From the NCBI RefSeq assembly GCF_016433145.1, contig NC_058132.1, positions 511,488,811 through 511,552,810 on the forward strand: a DNA stretch of 64,000 bases, written 5' to 3'. The notes under the pieces are model-generated. The model was given only the letters and a program-made list of their open reading frames with translations. It had not been told where the DNA came from and searched no databases. Source of the DNA: Gracilinanus agilis (taxonomy: Eukaryota). Below, piece by piece: positions 62,239-64,000 of this stretch. The position numbers were made by a program, and so were the translations under genes. Position 1 is the stretch's first letter; every line of letters begins with the position of its first letter.

Positions 62239-63094
62239 CAAATACTAAATTTTTTTACTACCTATTTTTACAAACTATTGGTTCTTCTCCACTAAAATTA
62301 TCTTGGATTTATTTTGCCTATATCTGAGTATCTTTATACATGTTAGCATTGTCTCTTTTAGAAAGATTATGAGTACTCTAACTTTTGCTTTTGTATTTCT
62401 CATTTTGGAGACACTAAATAGATATTTGTTGATTGAATGACCGATTCAAATCCCTGAGTCGTTCAATATCTAAGTTCCCAATTTCACTAATACTGAAAAG
62501 TGACTGAGTGTTTGCGAGAAAAGGAAAGCATTTAATATTGGGGGCTACCATGCTCTAGCCAGCAAGGCACTGGTAAACACTAGTACTTTGTTCTCATGTG
62601 TGGGGAGGTGAGATGCTATAGCAGATCAAGTTCTGCATTTGGAATAAGAAAATCTTGGTTCAAATACCAGTTGTTATTTAGTCTGGGTGACCCTTTTGGG
62701 CTACGATATCGCTAGCTGTAAAATGAGAGAGCTGGCCTACTTTAGGGTTTTTGCTCCCTCTCAGTCTATGGTGCCTTGATTTAATTCAAATGAAGTTTAC
62801 GGGGCTCCTCACCATTTGGTTCAGGAACCTTAAAGGATTTATACCCAAATGGATCATAAGTTTTAGAGCTGGAGATTATCTTGAAAAGGCCCCCCATTCT
62901 GGAGAAGCTTACTGAGGTGAAGCGATTTGTTTGAACCCTTACAAGAACTGAGTAGTTGTTGATTCCACGTCATCTGACTTGAAATTCAAAGTTTTTCTCC
63001 TGATATGCTATAGTGTTAGAATCAAATGTAATAGAGGGAAATGTCAGCTCTTAGATTTAGCTGAGTGTCATTAGACAAGTCTAATTGGTGCTGG

Positions 63095-63330
63095 AGTCTT
63101 GGAATTTGGAGACTTGGAGTCAGGAAGATGCTAGTATAATCCTGTTTCAGACACTTCCTAGTGGGGTGACCCTGGCAAATTCCTTAAGCTTTCTAAATTT
63201 TAGTAACCCCATCTAGAAAAAAGGGATAATAATAATAGCAACTATTTCCCAGAGTTGTTGTGAGGATCAGATGAGATATGTAAAGCTTTTGGAGAATTAT
63301 AAAATATTATGTAAGTGATAGTTATTATTA
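63095..63330 (+). mobile_element. MIR SINE
   Basis: GGAGTCAGGAAGA...CAGACACTTCCTAG...GTGACCCTGGCAA...GTTGTTGTGAGGATCAGATGAGATA. Confidence 0.85.
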
Positions 63331-64000
63331 ATTAATGTTAAGTTAATTATTGATTTTAAGTACTATTAATTATAATGGGGCCTCAGTTTATAAAATCAGG
63401 GGTTAGGATGAGTTGAACTCATTGATCTCTTCTACTTTTCAACCTGTGATCTATGACATACATGAGTTTCCTTTAACAACACACTTTTGGTTCAATCCAC
63501 ATGCATAGTTTAGAGTCAGCACAATTTTTGTGAAACTTTGAAAGTTGATTCATTTTACTGAGATTAGGGGATACTTGGGTAAATGGCCTCTTGTGATCAC
63601 TGCAGAAATCTAAGAGTTTTATAGAAATCTTAGGGAAGACACAGTTCATAATTAGAGACAAAAATGGAGCCCCTTTTTTTCTCCCCCCTTCTCCCCCCAG
63701 GCTGTCTTTCTAATGTGAGACTAACAGTAATTCAGTAAATGGATATATTGTATTGTTTTGGTATTTTGACTATTACTTTTTAGAGTTGTTTAGACATAAT
63801 CATCATTAAGAACACTAGCAAAACAGTCAATCAGACTAGATTTGCTATTACTGCTGCAATTTTTTTTCTCATGGTAGATTCAGAATAAAACCCGAGTCTC
63901 CTTGTCTTTTAATTTGAGGTTTATCTCCCCAGAGAGATGTATGATTCTCTCTATGTATATGTGCATAGGCATCTCTATGCAAATGTGCTCATACATGCAT

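Noticed and set aside
1-64000. CRISPR arrays, operons, rRNA/tRNA genes, non-retroviral endogenous viral elements
   Set aside because: No regularly spaced repeats or such genes were seen; tRNA-like boxes all belong to SINE heads; no bornavirus, filovirus or parvovirus-like protein motif was recognised by eye, though a BLASTx search would be needed to exclude diverged ones.

Overview
AT-rich, repeat-dense eukaryotic genomic DNA from a marsupial, most likely the opossum Monodelphis domestica. This is inferred from young SINE1_Mdo-type SINEs, MAR1/MIR SINEs and opossum-type L1 3' ends, all recognised from memory of consensus sequences with no database search. One assembly gap lies at 36634-37161. 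No complete protein-coding gene is recognisable; the window reads as intronic or intergenic. Main contents: a decayed class I (gamma-like) ERV body (gag-pro-RT-RNaseH-partial IN, ~22.8-28.6 kb) carrying an LTR nested in another LTR plus a SINE; a near full-length old L1 (~29.2-34.9 kb) interrupted by a solo LTR, an internal inversion and a younger antisense L1; an ERV RNase H fragment fused to a 5'-truncated L1 (~19.2-21.6 kb); CR1/L3 and L2 relics; a full-length 7SL retrocopy split by an L1; and a ~135 bp mitochondrial ND5 NUMT inside a MIR. Four plus-strand exon-like segments (45.6, 49.5, 56.6 and 59.7 kb) chain in phase and may belong to an unidentified host gene (low confidence). I see no convincing new biological system; the interesting signals are rearrangement and insertion histories and the possible cryptic gene. 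Repeat boundaries without TSDs are approximate.
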